Notes: a model not told the origin generated them from the sequence alone. 64,000 nt of DNA from Vulcanimicrobiota bacterium (GCA_963833095.1 CAWHWQ010000001.1:224001-288000); one strand, 5' to 3'. Shown: positions 41,031 through 52,435, counted from the first letter of the stretch. Translations and numbers: made by a program.

Positions 41031-42004
41031 GTCTTGACGTCCATCCGGTTGTGGACGCGCTGGCAAAAAGCCGGCAAGACCCAGGCGCAATGAAAACCGC
41101 GACGATGACGTTCGTGATCTTCTTCGGCGCCGGCGAGGGAGCTGATTGGGTGCGCGGTCGCGCGCATGCGCTCGCCGAGAAACATCCTTCACGCGTTGTG
41201 ATTTTCGATGCGAATAAGAACGACGACGAACGCCTCATCGAACCTCCGCAAAGACGCGGTGAGTGGGTAGAAATCGGCGTACACGACGCGGCCCCGGCCG
41301 AGCTCGATGCTGCGCTCACGTTGCTCGAGCTACCCGAAGCACCGGTCGTGCTGCTCTGGATTGCCGAAGCGCTGTCGGCCGACGAGCGCTTTCTGGCGCT
41401 CGCGCGCCGCGCGGATACGACTATTTGCAGTACCTCGGTCGCGCGAACCGACGAGCGTCCGCTGCGCGATCTCAGTCAATTCGTTGACGCGCATCCCGAG
41501 ATCCCTATCCAGGACGTTGCGTATTTGCGTCTGGCAGCGTGGCAAGAGCTCATCGCGGAGTTCTTCGATGAACCGGGCTGCCGCGTGGAACTCGAAGCCC
41601 TGCGCAGCGTCGAAGTTACCGCGGGATCGGATGCCGAGATGTATTATTTGCTCGGCTGGCTCGCAAGCCGGCTTGCGTGGACGCCGCTCGACGGTTCGAC
41701 CTTTGCAGCCAAAAGCGGGAACGTGCAGTTCACGATGATTCGGGACGGCCCGGCGCGACGGCTCTCGAAGGTCGTACTCGCGTCGGAGCGAGCGTCATTT
41801 AGCGCGAGCGTTCATCCGCAGGATCAGGACGCGATCTGCCTCGACGTCACGGGTTCGGCTGCATGTCCGTCGCGCTGCACTCCGTTGCACACGGTCGACC
41901 TCGCTTCGCTCGTCGAGCGCGCGATTCTCCGCCGCTCGCGTGACGAGGTCTTTATGGAATCACTGGGCATGGCCAAACTCATCATCGAAAGGCACGTTGC
42001 ATGA
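41027..42004 (+). CDS. opcA: G6PD assembly protein OpcA-like
   Basis: HPSRV, PVVLLW, DVAYLRLAAWQELIAEFFD, LLGWLASRLAW; located between zwf and pgl. Confidence 0.85.
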   Translation: MSLDVHPVVDALAKSRQDPGAMKTATMTFVIFFGAGEGADWVRGRAHALAEKHPSRVVIFDANKNDDERLIEPPQRRGEWVEIGVHDAAPAELDAALTLLELPEAPVVLLWIAEALSADERFLALARRADTTICSTSVARTDERPLRDLSQFVDAHPEIPIQDVAYLRLAAWQELIAEFFDEPGCRVELEALRSVEVTAGSDAEMYYLLGWLASRLAWTPLDGSTFAAKSGNVQFTMIRDGPARRLSKVVLASERASFSASVHPQDQDAICLDVTGSAACPSRCTPLHTVDLASLVERAILRRSRDEVFMESLGMAKLIIERHVA

Positions 42005-42732
42005 CACGCGAAGCCGGGACCCTCTACGTCTACGAAACGCCCGACGACGTCGCCAAGGCGCTTGCCGATCTTTTCATACGTCATGCAACGTCGGCAATCG
42101 ATAGCAGCGGTCGTTTCGTGGTTTCACTCGCTGGGGGGACGACACCAAAGGCGACCTACTCTATGTTCGCCAAACCTCCCTACGCGAGCGCGATCGATTG
42201 GAGCGCGGTCGATATTTTTTTCGGCGACGAACGCTGCGTACCGCCTGATAACGAGCAGTCGAATTATAAGATGGCATTTGAGGCGTTCATCGGCCCGCTG
42301 GGAATCGCGGGCAGCCAGGTGCACCGCATGCGCGGTGAGGACGATCCGCAGCATGCGGCAATTGCTTATCGCGGCGTGCTCTTCGATGAACTTGGCGAAC
42401 GGCCGTCCTTCGATCTGGTGATGCTTGGCATCGGCCCCGACGGTCACACCGCCTCGCTCTTCCCGGGCGAAGATCCACGCGCCGAAGATCAGGAAAAGGT
42501 TCGCGCCGTCTACGCGACGTCGCACGCACAATGGCGTCTCACCCTTACGCCGGCGGTGATCAATGCCGCGCAGGCGATCGTCTTTGCTGCCACAGGCGCG
42601 GAAAAGGCCATGGTCATTGGAACCGTGCGTCAGGGGCCTTACGATCCGATCACGCTCCCAGCGCAAATCATCGCGCCGACCGACGGCGAACTGATCTGGC
42701 TCGTCGATAAAACGGCAGCCGGGAAAACGTAA
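42001..42732 (+). CDS. pgl: 6-phosphogluconolactonase
   Basis: LAGGTTP, FFGDERCVPP..SNY, LGIGPDGHTASLFP, RLTLT. Confidence 0.96.
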   Translation: MTREAGTLYVYETPDDVAKALADLFIRHATSAIDSSGRFVVSLAGGTTPKATYSMFAKPPYASAIDWSAVDIFFGDERCVPPDNEQSNYKMAFEAFIGPLGIAGSQVHRMRGEDDPQHAAIAYRGVLFDELGERPSFDLVMLGIGPDGHTASLFPGEDPRAEDQEKVRAVYATSHAQWRLTLTPAVINAAQAIVFAATGAEKAMVIGTVRQGPYDPITLPAQIIAPTDGELIWLVDKTAAGKT

Positions 42733-42766
42733 CCGGCCTATTGGAACGCATCTATTAGATATGTAA

Positions 42767-42795
42767 TTGACAGGCACCCGCGCTTCCGCTATGCT
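42767..42795 (+). promoter_or_regulatory. Sigma70-type promoter of the serine hydrolase gene
   Basis: TTGACA-17 bp-TATGCT. Confidence 0.75.
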
Positions 42796-42826
42796 ACCAT
42801 TAGATTCATAATAGCTGGAGACGACG

Positions 42827-44263
42827 ATGCCGTTGATTGCGCAGGCGTTTGGATTTTTATTGCTCGCCGCGGCGGTGCCGATGCAGGCGATTACGCCGCA
42901 GATGGCCTCACACATCGATGCTGCCGTGAACGACGCCCTGGTCCGTCAGCACGTAGCCGCAGCCTCGCTCGCGATCGTTGAAAATGGCGCGGTCGTCTAC
43001 GCGAAAGGCTACGGCACGCGAGAAATCACTTCCGGCGCAGCAGCAGACGCGCAAACCGTCTATCCCATCGGCTCGAATACCAAGCAATTCACGGCTGCGG
43101 CTATCTTGCTGTTGCAAGAGCGAGGCCGCCTAGACATTCACGATCTGCTCGCAAAGTATCTGCCGGACGCTCCCCACGCAAACGAGATTACGATACAGGA
43201 ACTCCTCGAACAAGTCTCTGGTTTAGCGGATTACACGCAAACGGCCCAGTACGGTAAGGACTTTTCAAACGAAGTCACGCCCCAGCAGATACTCGCCACG
43301 ATAGAAAAATCGCCGCTCGCGTTCAGGCCCGGAACCGCCTGGCAATATTCAAATACAAATTACCTTCTGCTCTCAATGGTAATCGCGAAAGCTTCCGGCG
43401 AGCCGTATCAGCGTTTCATCATCGACAATCTGTTGAAGCCGGTCGAGCTGACCACCGCAGATTTCGATTCCTATACAAGAACCTATCCCGACGAGGCGCG
43501 CGGCTATACGTCGTTCGCTATGGGCGCGCTTCACGACGCGGATCACGACGATTACAGCTGGTTTCAGGGAGCTGGAGACCTTATGATGAGCGCTAACGAT
43601 CTTGCGCGTTGGACGATTGCGCTCGATTCCGGCAAAGTCGTCTCTGCCGCATCCTTCGAAGAAATGTCGACGCCCAAGCAGCTGTCAGACGGAACGACGA
43701 CGGGTTACGGATATGGATTGAGCGCCGGCAATAGCTTTCTCGGCCACGAGCTCGTCGGACACCTCGGCGGTCTTGCCGGCTTCGTTAGTGAGGATTTCAC
43801 GGTCCCCACCGAAAACTTCGCCGTGGTCCTCCTCGCAAACGGTGATACCTTCAATCCCGTTCCAATTACGCACGATATCGTGGCCACGCTCTACGGTCAG
43901 CCGCTTCCCCACACTCCCGAGAAAATCTTGACGGAAACAAGCGCTGAGGAGTCGCAGGCAAGAACATGGTTAGGTCGCGCATTCTTAGGCGACATCGATA
44001 CGACGAACGCGACGCCCGACTTTATGGCGTGGGTAATGCGGACCCGGCAAGCGCAGGCCTCAACGCAGGCAGACTTGCGGGAATTGGGCGATAGGCTCGG
44101 CGCGCCGGAGGCATTTGCTTTGGTGAGTCGCCAGGGTCCGCCCGGCGTGAGCGCCTTTGACTACCACGTGACCTTTGCGCATAATGAAATCGACTTTCAG
44201 TACGCGCTCCGTCCGTCGGGCCGGCTCGATTATCTGAATTTTGCGCCAGTGTACGATTACTGA
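42827..44263 (+). CDS. Secreted serine hydrolase, beta-lactamase class C/peptidase S12 fold
   Basis: Signal peptide, GSNTKQF (SxxK), YSNTNY, GHLGG. Confidence 0.9.
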   Translation: MPLIAQAFGFLLLAAAVPMQAITPQMASHIDAAVNDALVRQHVAAASLAIVENGAVVYAKGYGTREITSGAAADAQTVYPIGSNTKQFTAAAILLLQERGRLDIHDLLAKYLPDAPHANEITIQELLEQVSGLADYTQTAQYGKDFSNEVTPQQILATIEKSPLAFRPGTAWQYSNTNYLLLSMVIAKASGEPYQRFIIDNLLKPVELTTADFDSYTRTYPDEARGYTSFAMGALHDADHDDYSWFQGAGDLMMSANDLARWTIALDSGKVVSAASFEEMSTPKQLSDGTTTGYGYGLSAGNSFLGHELVGHLGGLAGFVSEDFTVPTENFAVVLLANGDTFNPVPITHDIVATLYGQPLPHTPEKILTETSAEESQARTWLGRAFLGDIDTTNATPDFMAWVMRTRQAQASTQADLRELGDRLGAPEAFALVSRQGPPGVSAFDYHVTFAHNEIDFQYALRPSGRLDYLNFAPVYDY

Positions 44264-44385
44264 CGACTGCGAGAGTTGAGGCGGTTCAGCTCTCTTCCGT
44301 ATAAGATAGCCATGCGTTCGGAGAGCTTTGCGTAGGTCAGCGCCGAGAGGCGGCGCGAACGGGCTGGTTTCTTGACGACGATCAT
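44257..44385 (-). CDS. Putative 42-aa basic small protein
   Basis: MIVVKKPARSRRLSALTYAKLSERMAILYGRELNRLNSRSRQ; ATG overlaps the TolC stop (ATGA); AAGGAG 10 nt upstream. Confidence 0.45.
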   Translation of the reverse strand: MIVVKKPARSRRLSALTYAKLSERMAILYGRELNRLNSRSRQ

Positions 44386-46111
44386 GGTGTGAGCGCTCCT
44401 TGTCCCAGCGTACCGAGCGAAACATTGTTCTGGCTCAGAATCGAGCCGTCGACACGCTGCAGTTCGACGACAGCCTTGTTGAGGTCGGTCTGCGCCTGGA
44501 GTTCGAGCCCCTCGTTCTGCACGAATTCCACCTGGCGTTGACTGATTAAAAACGTGGTCGACTCACCGTTATGGAACTTGCGTTCTTCGCTCGCGAGCAC
44601 TTGCGCCGAGGCCTCGCGCGCTTGGCGCGCTGCGAAGAGGCGCGCGAGCGCGGCTTGATAGGCTTGCACTGCGTTACGCACTTCGTACTGAATGCGTTCT
44701 GCCGTGCCGAGTTTTTGCACTGCGGCGATGTGCGCTTGCTCATCGGCAACGCCGAGCGCGCCTTTGGCGGTGTTGTTGCCGATCGGCAACGAGACTTGAA
44801 TACCGGCAGAATACGTCGAGAAACGGGACGAGTTGGCGAACGCTTGGCCGTATGTGCCGTCGTAGTACGGTGGCGGCGTCGCCGACCCGAATACCCCACC
44901 CAGGGGCGGCAACGCATTGCCCGCAAAGCCGTTGCCGTTGTAGGTCAACTGCAAGTCGGCTTGCGGTAACATTTGATTCTTGGCATACGCGCGGTTCACG
45001 TCGGCCTGCTTCTGCGCATCGATCGCTTGGCGAACTTCGGGCCGATTCTGCATTGCCGTCGCGAGCAGCGAGGCTACCGAGGGCGTCTGCGGCAACGATA
45101 AGACCGCTGAGGTCGGAACGAGATTCGCCGCCCAGATCGGATCGCCCGGATCGGTGACGATCAGGCTCTTGAGCTGATTTTGCAGCTCGGAGACGGTCTG
45201 CAGCGCCGAAAAGACGTTTTGTGAAGATCGCAACTTGCGTCGAGGATTCGACGGCGTCGATCGGCGCGGCGGCGCCCGTGTTTGGCTTGGCGAACGTTGC
45301 TCTGCTGCTGCAGCACGCTTCTTTGAGCGCGTCCTCTTGAATCGCGACGTTGCGCCAGGCGGCGACCAGATTCCAGTACGCGTCTTCCACACTGCGAGAT
45401 CGTGTGTCGGACCGTCGCCAGCGTCTGGGCCTGCGTCGCGTCGGTGTTGACGATCGCGAGCTTGAAGCTGCCGCTTATCGTCGTTCATCCGAAGTTCTTG
45501 AGCAGCGGCTGCGTCACCGAGACGTTGAACGAGCCGAGATAGTATGGGTTGAACGTGTTGATGTAGGTGTTATCGTTCACCTTGGTCTGCGAGACGCCGA
45601 CATTGTACTGCGTGCCGGTTTCGGTCTGGCCTTGACGCCGGCTTCGTGCGTCTGGTAGTTTTGCACGATCGGCTGAAAGTCGGTGCCGCCCGCGAAAAAG
45701 GCGTTGAGCGGCGGCGTTCGTGTCATGCTTGACGACGGCTCGACGAAGAAGCGAACGTCGAAAGCGCCCTTGGCTTGCTGCATTTGATAGCGCGCGACGC
45801 GCATGTTCGAAGCCGAGACGGCAAGATTCGGATTCCTCAGCAGCGCCATGCCGATCGCGTCCTAGAGCGCGATGCCGACGAACGGCTGCTGCGTGACGCC
45901 GACGATGTCTGCCGCGGTCGGCGCGTACGTCCGGCGCTTCATAGCCGGGCGCGACGCTCGGGACCGGCGGCAGGATCGGCGATGGGACCGGCGTCGGGAC
46001 CGTCGCGTGCGCCGGAACGTCTGCGCGTCTGGCCGGCGCCGCGAGAACGGCGGCCGCTGCGATGACCGGCGACCGAGCGCAAGGGAACGAGAGACGTACG
46101 AAGTCGTTCAC
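44382..46111 (-). CDS. TolC family outer-membrane efflux protein; multiple frameshifts
   Basis: Fragments ALLRNPNLAV, VSVTQPLLKNFG, AYWNLVAAW, NRPEVRQA, EERKFHNGESTTF across frames. Confidence 0.85.
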
Positions 46112-46121
46112 GATACGCTCC

Positions 46122-47661
46122 TTATTCGACCGCGACCGCGCCGAGGCGCGGCTTATTGAGCAATAGGACGAGCGGAGCGAGCAGGATCGTAATCACCGCC
46201 AGGGCTCGCGACGTGTCGGCGTAAGATTGAGACCAGCGCTTGGCCGGCGACGATTCCCTCGAGATTGGCAAGCGCGGTTGTCGACCGGGCGCCGCCGTTC
46301 TCCTGCAGATAGATGCGCCGTCGGCTGCGTGCTGCAGGTCTGACGCTGGCGCAAGTTCGGTCTGATGCGCCGTCGTACCGCGCACGAGCAGCGTGACCAG
46401 CACGGCGGTCGCGATGCTGCCGCCGACTTGCCGCGACAGGTTGAAGAACGCCGAGGTGGACGGGCACTTCCTTATCGGGCACGCCGCCGAGCACGGCGAT
46501 CGAGAGCGGCACGAAGATCTGCGAAAGGCCGATGCCGCTGATGACCAAGCAGACGATGAACGTTCCGAACTCCGATTGCGGCGTCGTAATGCCGGCCAGA
46601 ATCCAGTTCGAGACGCCAGCAGCACGAAGCCGATCGCCGTCGAGATGCGCACGTCGATCGTGCCGCGGCCGGCCAGCATCGCGGTGATCGGCGTGAAGAG
46701 CATCACCGCCGCCGCGCGCACCAGAATCGTCAGGCCCGAGAGCGTCGCCGTGAAGCCGAGCGAGTTCTGCAGGTACTGCGGTAAGACGAGAATCGATCCG
46801 TAGAGGCTCACACCCAGCACCGCCGCCGAGCAAACTCCCCGCCGCAGACTTGCCGCAGTCGCAGCACGTGCAGATCGACGACCGGAATCGCCGACTTCAG
46901 CGTCCACCACACGAACGCCGCCGAGCCCGGCGACCGCGAGCGCGGTGAACAGCCGAATGTTGCCGTCGTCGAACCAGTCGTATTGCTGCCCTTGGTCGAG
47001 CACGTACTGCATCGATCCGAGGCCGAGCGCCAGCAAGCCGAGGCCGATCCAATCGAGCTTGCGATCGTGCTGCGGCTCTGATGGGATTGCGCAAGTACAT
47101 CCAGATCAGCGTGGCGGCGACGATGCCGACCGGAAGGTTGATGAAGAATGCCCAGCGCCACGTGAAGTTGTCGGTGATCCAGCCGCCCAGCACCGGGCCG
47201 AGCGCCGGCCCGACGATGACGCCCATCGCGAAGATGCCTTGCGCTTTGCCCTGCTCTTGCAGCGTGTACGTGTCGCGCAGGATCGCCTGCGACGTCGAGA
47301 TCAACCCGCCGCCGCCCAGACCTTGCACGATGCGCCAGAAGACCAGCGAGCCGAAGCGTCGGCGCGAGGCCGCACATCAGCGAGGCGATCGTGAAGATGA
47401 CGATCGATGCGAAGAAGTACTGTCGCCGCCCGAAGCGCGCGGCCAGCCACGGCGTGATCGGGATGACGATCACGTTGGCGATGATGTACCCCGTGACGAT
47501 CCACGCGCCTTGATCGACCGCCACGCCGAAATTGCCTTGAATGTTCGGCAGCGCGACGTTGACGATCGTGGTGTCGATGATCTCGAGCAGCGTCGCGGCG
47601 ATCACCGCGACGCTCACGATGACCCTGCGCAGGCCGTGCTCGACGACGCACGGTCTTGCAT
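46122..47661 (-). CDS. DHA2 (EmrB/QacA) MFS efflux permease; multiple frameshifts
   Basis: LEIIDTTIVNVALP, WIVTGY, RFGRR, GPALGPVLGGWITDNFTWRWAFFINLPVG, FNLSRQVGGS; GGAG RBS before ATG 47661. Confidence 0.88.
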
Positions 47662-47737
47662 GACAACTCCGCTGGAGGTTACACGGCCGCGGATCGGCCG
47701 AGGCCGACGCGACAGATTGACCGAAGGTGAATCCACG

Positions 47738-48988
47738 CTAGTGAACTTTCACGTTCGCTTCGACCGACATACCCGGGCCGCAGCGGCATGTCCGCGCTCT
47801 GGTCGTCGACCGAGATGCGCACGGGAATGCGCTGCGTGACCTTCACGAAGTTTCCGGTCGCATTCTGCGCCGGAACCAGCGCATAGGTGTTCTGCGACGC
47901 CGGATTGATCGAGATCACGTGCCCGTGGAACGTCGTGCCCTTGTACGCGTCACACGTGATGTCGGCCGGCTGGCCGACCTTGATGCCGCCCATCTGCGTT
48001 TCTTTGAAGTTCGCCGTAATGTAGATGCGGTGCGTGCGGAATGAGCGTCATCACGTCATGCCGGCGGAGACCGACTGACCGATCTCGGCGTTCTTCTCGC
48101 CGACGAAACCGTCGATCGGCGAATAGATGTGCGTGTACGCGAGATTCTGCTTCGCAATCGAGTTGCGCTTTGGCCGACTCGACTTGGCTCGGATCGCTGG
48201 CTTGGTCGAGTTTGCCTTGCGCGGTGGTCGCGCCGCCTTGCGCCGCCGGGACGCCGGCTTGCGCCGCCGCGAGCTCGCTGCGCCGCGTCGTAGTTTGCTT
48301 GGGCGACGTTGATTTGATCTGCGCGTCGCTGGAAGTTGCGCGACGCCGCGGCCTGCTCGGAGCGGATCGCGTCGAGCTGCTGCGCCGGCACGTCGCCGGT
48401 CGCGACCAGCGATAGCGTGCGCGAGTAGTCGGCCTGCGCCTTCTGTAACGCTGCCTGCGCTGCCGGAAGCAGCGCCTGCGCCGAGCGCACCTGCGCGTCG
48501 GCCTGCGCGACGCCGGACGCGCGACGGGAACCTGCGCTTGGCGCATCGGCGATGTTGCCGGAGGCTTGCGTCACGCCGCCTTGATTCTGCAGCGTGTTCG
48601 TCCGCTGATTGGCGACCGCGAGATCGTACTGCGCCTGCGCTGCTGCGGACCTGGCGCGCTCGTCCTTGTCGTCGAAAACGACCAACAGCTGGCCTTTGTG
48701 GACCTGCTGGTTGGTGTCGACGAGAATCTGGTTGATGCGCTCGGGGATTTTGCTGGTGATGGCGACCGGTCGGCGTCGACGCGCGCATCGTCGGTCCCCT
48801 GGTGAACGAGTGCGTAGAGCAACCACGGGATGCCCCAAAAGATCAGGAGCACCGCGACGATCGCCCCGAGCGCGCCGAAGATGACGCGCTTGCGGGGACC
48901 CTTGCGCTCTTGGATGTCGGTCACTGGTTCGGCTGGGCCGTTCGCGATGCGTTGGCCACGGCTGCCGCTGGTCCTCGCGCGTTTCCAT
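47738..48988 (-). CDS. HlyD/EmrA family membrane fusion protein; multiple frameshifts
   Basis: N-terminal TM, TDDA, SPIDGFV, ANFKETQ, PAQNATGNFVKVTQRIPVRI. Confidence 0.88.
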
Positions 48989-49604
48989 TTACTTTTCTCC
49001 TTACGCCGTTGAGAAAGACGTCGATGATATAGGCGCAGTGCGTAGTCTGAATCCGAGAACATCCGGCTATCCGGAAACTTACCGCGCGCCATGACTCGTG
49101 CAAAGGTGATACCCATAAAGAACTCGCTAGTTTCTCGGGGTTGCCGTGCAGGGTCCCGTCCCCGACCTTTTTCTCCATGAAGTCGACCACGGCCGACCGG
49201 ACGGCGGTCTGCGGCCGCCAGGTCTCGCGAGCGAAGACGCTGTTCTCGTAGTCGGTCTCGACCAGGGACCAACGGATCATGTCGCTCATGGACTCCATGT
49301 GGTCGTTCATCGATTTTGCGATCGCAAGAGAGCTGGTGCTCTACCGGCCCCGCCAGCGTACCGATCGAATCGCGCAGTTCGCCGTCGGGGCACAAGCGCT
49401 TGCGCGCACGGCGATGATCAGCGCGTCCTTATTTCCGAAATGACGAAAGAGCGTTGCCTCGTTTACGCCGGCGACGTCTGCGATTTCTCGCGTCGTTGCG
49501 CCGCGTTTGCCCTTGCGCTTGATAACGTCACGCGCCGCGAGAACGATGCGATCGCGCGTCTCTTCCGGAGCAGCTTTTTCCGTCTGCTTTTGAGCTTCGA
49601 TCAT
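48989..49604 (-). CDS. TetR/AcrR family regulator; frameshifted, end approximate
   Basis: TRDRIVLAA...GATTREIADVAGVNEATLFRHFGNK; C-terminal IIDVFLNG in another frame. Confidence 0.85.
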
Positions 49605-50301
49605 GGCTGCTTCCTAAATACCGCGTCGTTTACGGCGACGTTGGTTTGATAGGAATCGTAAATCGAGTCGCCCGTAAACCCGATGCGGCGATGTCCTTCG
49701 AAGTGCTGGCGTACGACAACGCTAAAACCGTCTTCCGTGCCATAGTACTGCTTCATCACGATGGCATCGCCGTTCGTGTAGTGCCAATCCATCTCGACGA
49801 GCTCGTAGGTAGCGGGATCGACATAGACGGTCGTGTCCTTGATCTGATCGCTGTAAATTTTCTTGGTCAGCACGAGCACGATCATCGGATGGCCGTCGAG
49901 CGGCCGGATGCCGTCGAGCTTGATGTTCGAGTTTTTTCCCATCCGGTGGGGTCGCCCACGTCGGTGGAAAGTTTTTGAATGTCCTTTAGCGAGCCTGCGC
50001 ACAGGCCGGAGATCGGATTCAGTTCCACGGCAAAACTTCCGGGACGCTTGTAGTAGGCCGTGCCGTCCGTGCGCAGGCTGCACAGCGGAATCGAAGGACG
50101 AGCGCTAACATGTACGTGCGCCGTGTACGAGCTCAGCCCCGCGTTGCGCGAGAGCATGCGCTCCACAACCGCATTCGCATCCTCGGGCGCCGCTTGGATC
50201 GCAGCCGAAGCCGGTGCGACGCTCGGTGCTGTATTTTGGGCAATCGCACCAACCGATGCGCCGGCCATGGCCGCGACCATCGCAAAAGCTCGCAGAATCA
50301 C
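49601..50301 (-). CDS. Secreted hypothetical protein, possibly LolA-like; frameshifted near 50000
   Basis: Signal peptide; beta-rich fragments (SYTAHVHV, GTAYYKRP, TTVYVDPATY, YDSYQTNVAVNDAVF) in ORFs 49882..50301 and 49601..50083. Confidence 0.6.
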
Positions 50302-50579
50302 GCTGCAAGCCCAACCATCGGAAAGAGCCGGTCGAGCGCCATCACCGAGAGCGAGCGCAGCAGTTCCGGCCGGGTCACTTTGAGGGCGACCTCGCCGCCG
50401 ACTTCGCGCGATCGGCGAAGCAGCGTGATGAGGCCGCGGACGCCTTCGGTATCGAGCCGTACGAGCTTATCGAGATCGAGAACGACCCGCGGGGCGCCCT
50501 CTTCGAAGGCGGCCAGCGTTTCACGGGTGATGGCCTCGAGCGATTCGGGGCGATAATTGATGGTCAGCGGGGTCAGCAT
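50298..50579 (-). CDS. Stand-alone STAS domain protein (anti-sigma-factor antagonist-like)
   Basis: VVLDLDKLVRLDTEGVRGLITLLRR...GGEVAL...LSVMALDRLFP; ATG 50579. Confidence 0.85.
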   Translation of the reverse strand: MLTPLTINYRPESLEAITRETLAAFEEGAPRVVLDLDKLVRLDTEGVRGLITLLRRSREVGGEVALKVTRPELLRSLSVMALDRLFPMVGLAA

Positions 50580-50603
50580 GGTATCTGCGCTTGTGTTCCT
50601 TAA

Positions 50604-50668
50604 TGCAAGTGGGTACTTGCACGCAAAGAATACCACGAGGGCCACGTTGCGTGCAAGTACCCACTTGC
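50604..50668 (-). promoter_or_regulatory. Promoter of the STAS-efflux operon bracketed by two palindromic operators
   Basis: Perfect 22-bp IR at 50605-50626/50647-50668, each arm containing GCAAGT-N4-ACTTGC; minus-strand TTGCAC-18 bp-TATTCT with TG extension. Confidence 0.75.
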
Positions 50669-50730
50669 GCAACGTCGCCTTTCGCATTTTTCCCTCGCGC
50701 CGCTCCGGGGAAGGCCGCCGAGCCGGGGCC

Positions 50731-51159
50731 TTAGGTTGAGGCCGGGGAAGGCTCTGCGCCCTCCATGGCGCCACCCATGGCACGGTGGTGGCGATACTTA
50801 CCCGAGGCCTTATGGTAACCGGCCGCCACCGCCGCCGACGGGCACATGTATGACCCGTGCTTCGTCCGGCCGTAAAGCGGATCGGCAGGCTCGTGATAGG
50901 TGTGCGAGCGCTGATTCACCCAGACCGGTTGGACGGCACCGCAATTAAGGCCGGACGGTACAGGTGCGGCTACCCCGCCGCCCATGGACCCGGGCGACGC
51001 GGCGCTCATCGCGCCCGGCGATACGACGCTCATGGCGGCGGCGCTGGAGGACGGTTCCGCGCTGCTCGAACTCTGACTCCCACCGCCCCCGCCGCATGCA
51101 GCTAAGGCGGTGATGAGGAGCGCGCATACGAGTTGGTTACGCGATGACACGATTCGCAA
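50731..51159 (-). CDS. Hypothetical lipoprotein
   Basis: Lipobox LAAC, Ser/Ala/Met-rich linker, compact domain VWVNQRSHTYH...YGRTKHGSYMC...AAGY. Confidence 0.75.
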   Translation of the reverse strand: MRIVSSRNQLVCALLITALAACGGGGGSQSSSSAEPSSSAAAMSVVSPGAMSAASPGSMGGGVAAPVPSGLNCGAVQPVWVNQRSHTYHEPADPLYGRTKHGSYMCPSAAVAAGYHKASGKYRHHRAMGGAMEGAEPSPAST

Positions 51160-52435
51160 TCTCCTTGAGCTTCACGCGCGCATGTTGCGCGATAGGTGAT
51201 GGTTCACCGCTGTAGACTCGGGCTCCGTTGACAAATGCTGCCTGCACCCACGCATCCTGCGCGCGGTAGACGATCGCTTGCACCTCGGGCGTCCACGGAT
51301 CGATATTCGAAGCGTCGAGTACGAGATAGTCCGCCGCGTAGCCCGCGATGAGGTCTCCGGTCATAAGGCCCAGCGCGCGCGCGCCTTGCGCCGTCGCCAG
51401 ATCGAATGCCGCGCGCGCACCGAAAGCGCTCCCGTCGAGGCGCGCGATCTTTTGTAACAGTGTTGCCGCGCGCATCTCGTCGATCAGCGAGGGCTTCACA
51501 TCTGCATCAGTGCCTAAACCCATCGTCACCCCGAGCGCTTGCAAACCGCCGGCATCGCAGATTCCGTCGCCCAGATATTGGTTGGTCATCGGGTTGTGGA
51601 TCACACGCGCGCCGCGCTCCGCGAGTAGTCGCTTTTCTTCCTGGGTGATGTGAATTGCATGAATCGCGATCGTCCGGTGGTCGAGCGCGCCGAGCTGATC
51701 GAGAAGCGCGATCGGGGTCGCACCATAGCGCTCGAGGGTTTGATCGCCTTCATAGGCAGCCTCGGCGACGTGAACGTGCAGCATACAATCGTACGACCGA
51801 GCGAAATCGGCGGCCGCGCGAATCATCGCCTGCGACGCCGCGTGGAGCGAGTGCGGCGCGACGCACACATTTGCCCAGGGATACCGCTCGATCAAGTCGA
51901 GCGTGCGCGATTGGGCGACGTCGATACTCTCGCGAAACTGAGGCGGTGCATATTCGGCGTCCATCCACGTGCGCGCGAAGATCAGGCGAATGCCCGTTTC
52001 TTGGGCAGCCGCGATTGCGGCCTCGGCGTGCGCGTTCCCTGCTCCGTTGAGATAAAAGAACTCCGCAACCGAGGTAATGCCAGCCGCGAGCATTTCGCTA
52101 AAGGCGGCGATGAACGTCCAGTAGACGTCATCGGGAGTGAGCTGCGGAACGACCTTGTAGAGCGCGTCGCTGCGCCAACGCTCAAAGGTCCAATCGTCGG
52201 CCCAACCGCGCAGCAAGATCTGATATGCGTGACTATGCCCATTGATGAATCCCGGCACGATCAAGCGGTCTTCGGGAAATGCGCGGGCGGGGAGATCGTC
52301 TGCGTGCTCGCGGATCACCGCAAAGTCCCCTGCGTATTCGATCGTACCCTTGCGAATGACCATGGCGTAGTCGCGGCGCAACTCGCCGCCCACTAGGGCG
52401 CGAGCGCAGCGCACGAACTCGCTTGCGGCCTTCAC
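51137..52435 (-). CDS. Amidohydrolase, formiminoglutamate deiminase (HutF)-like
   Basis: PGFINGHSHAYQ, EMLAAGITSVAEFFY, APHSLHA, HVHVAE, LGDGI, GTD; GTGA overlap with hutI. Confidence 0.8.
   Translation of the reverse strand: MKAASEFVRCARALVGGELRRDYAMVIRKGTIEYAGDFAVIREHADDLPARAFPEDRLIVPGFINGHSHAYQILLRGWADDWTFERWRSDALYKVVPQLTPDDVYWTFIAAFSEMLAAGITSVAEFFYLNGAGNAHAEAAIAAAQETGIRLIFARTWMDAEYAPPQFRESIDVAQSRTLDLIERYPWANVCVAPHSLHAASQAMIRAAADFARSYDCMLHVHVAEAAYEGDQTLERYGATPIALLDQLGALDHRTIAIHAIHITQEEKRLLAERGARVIHNPMTNQYLGDGICDAGGLQALGVTMGLGTDADVKPSLIDEMRAATLLQKIARLDGSAFGARAAFDLATAQGARALGLMTGDLIAGYAADYLVLDASNIDPWTPEVQAIVYRAQDAWVQAAFVNGARVYSGEPSPIAQHARVKLKEIANRVIA

Noticed and set aside
44382..50301. Calling the efflux operon a set of pseudogenes
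   Set aside because: The damage is almost entirely indels and similar blocks hit essential genes, so sequencing error is more parsimonious
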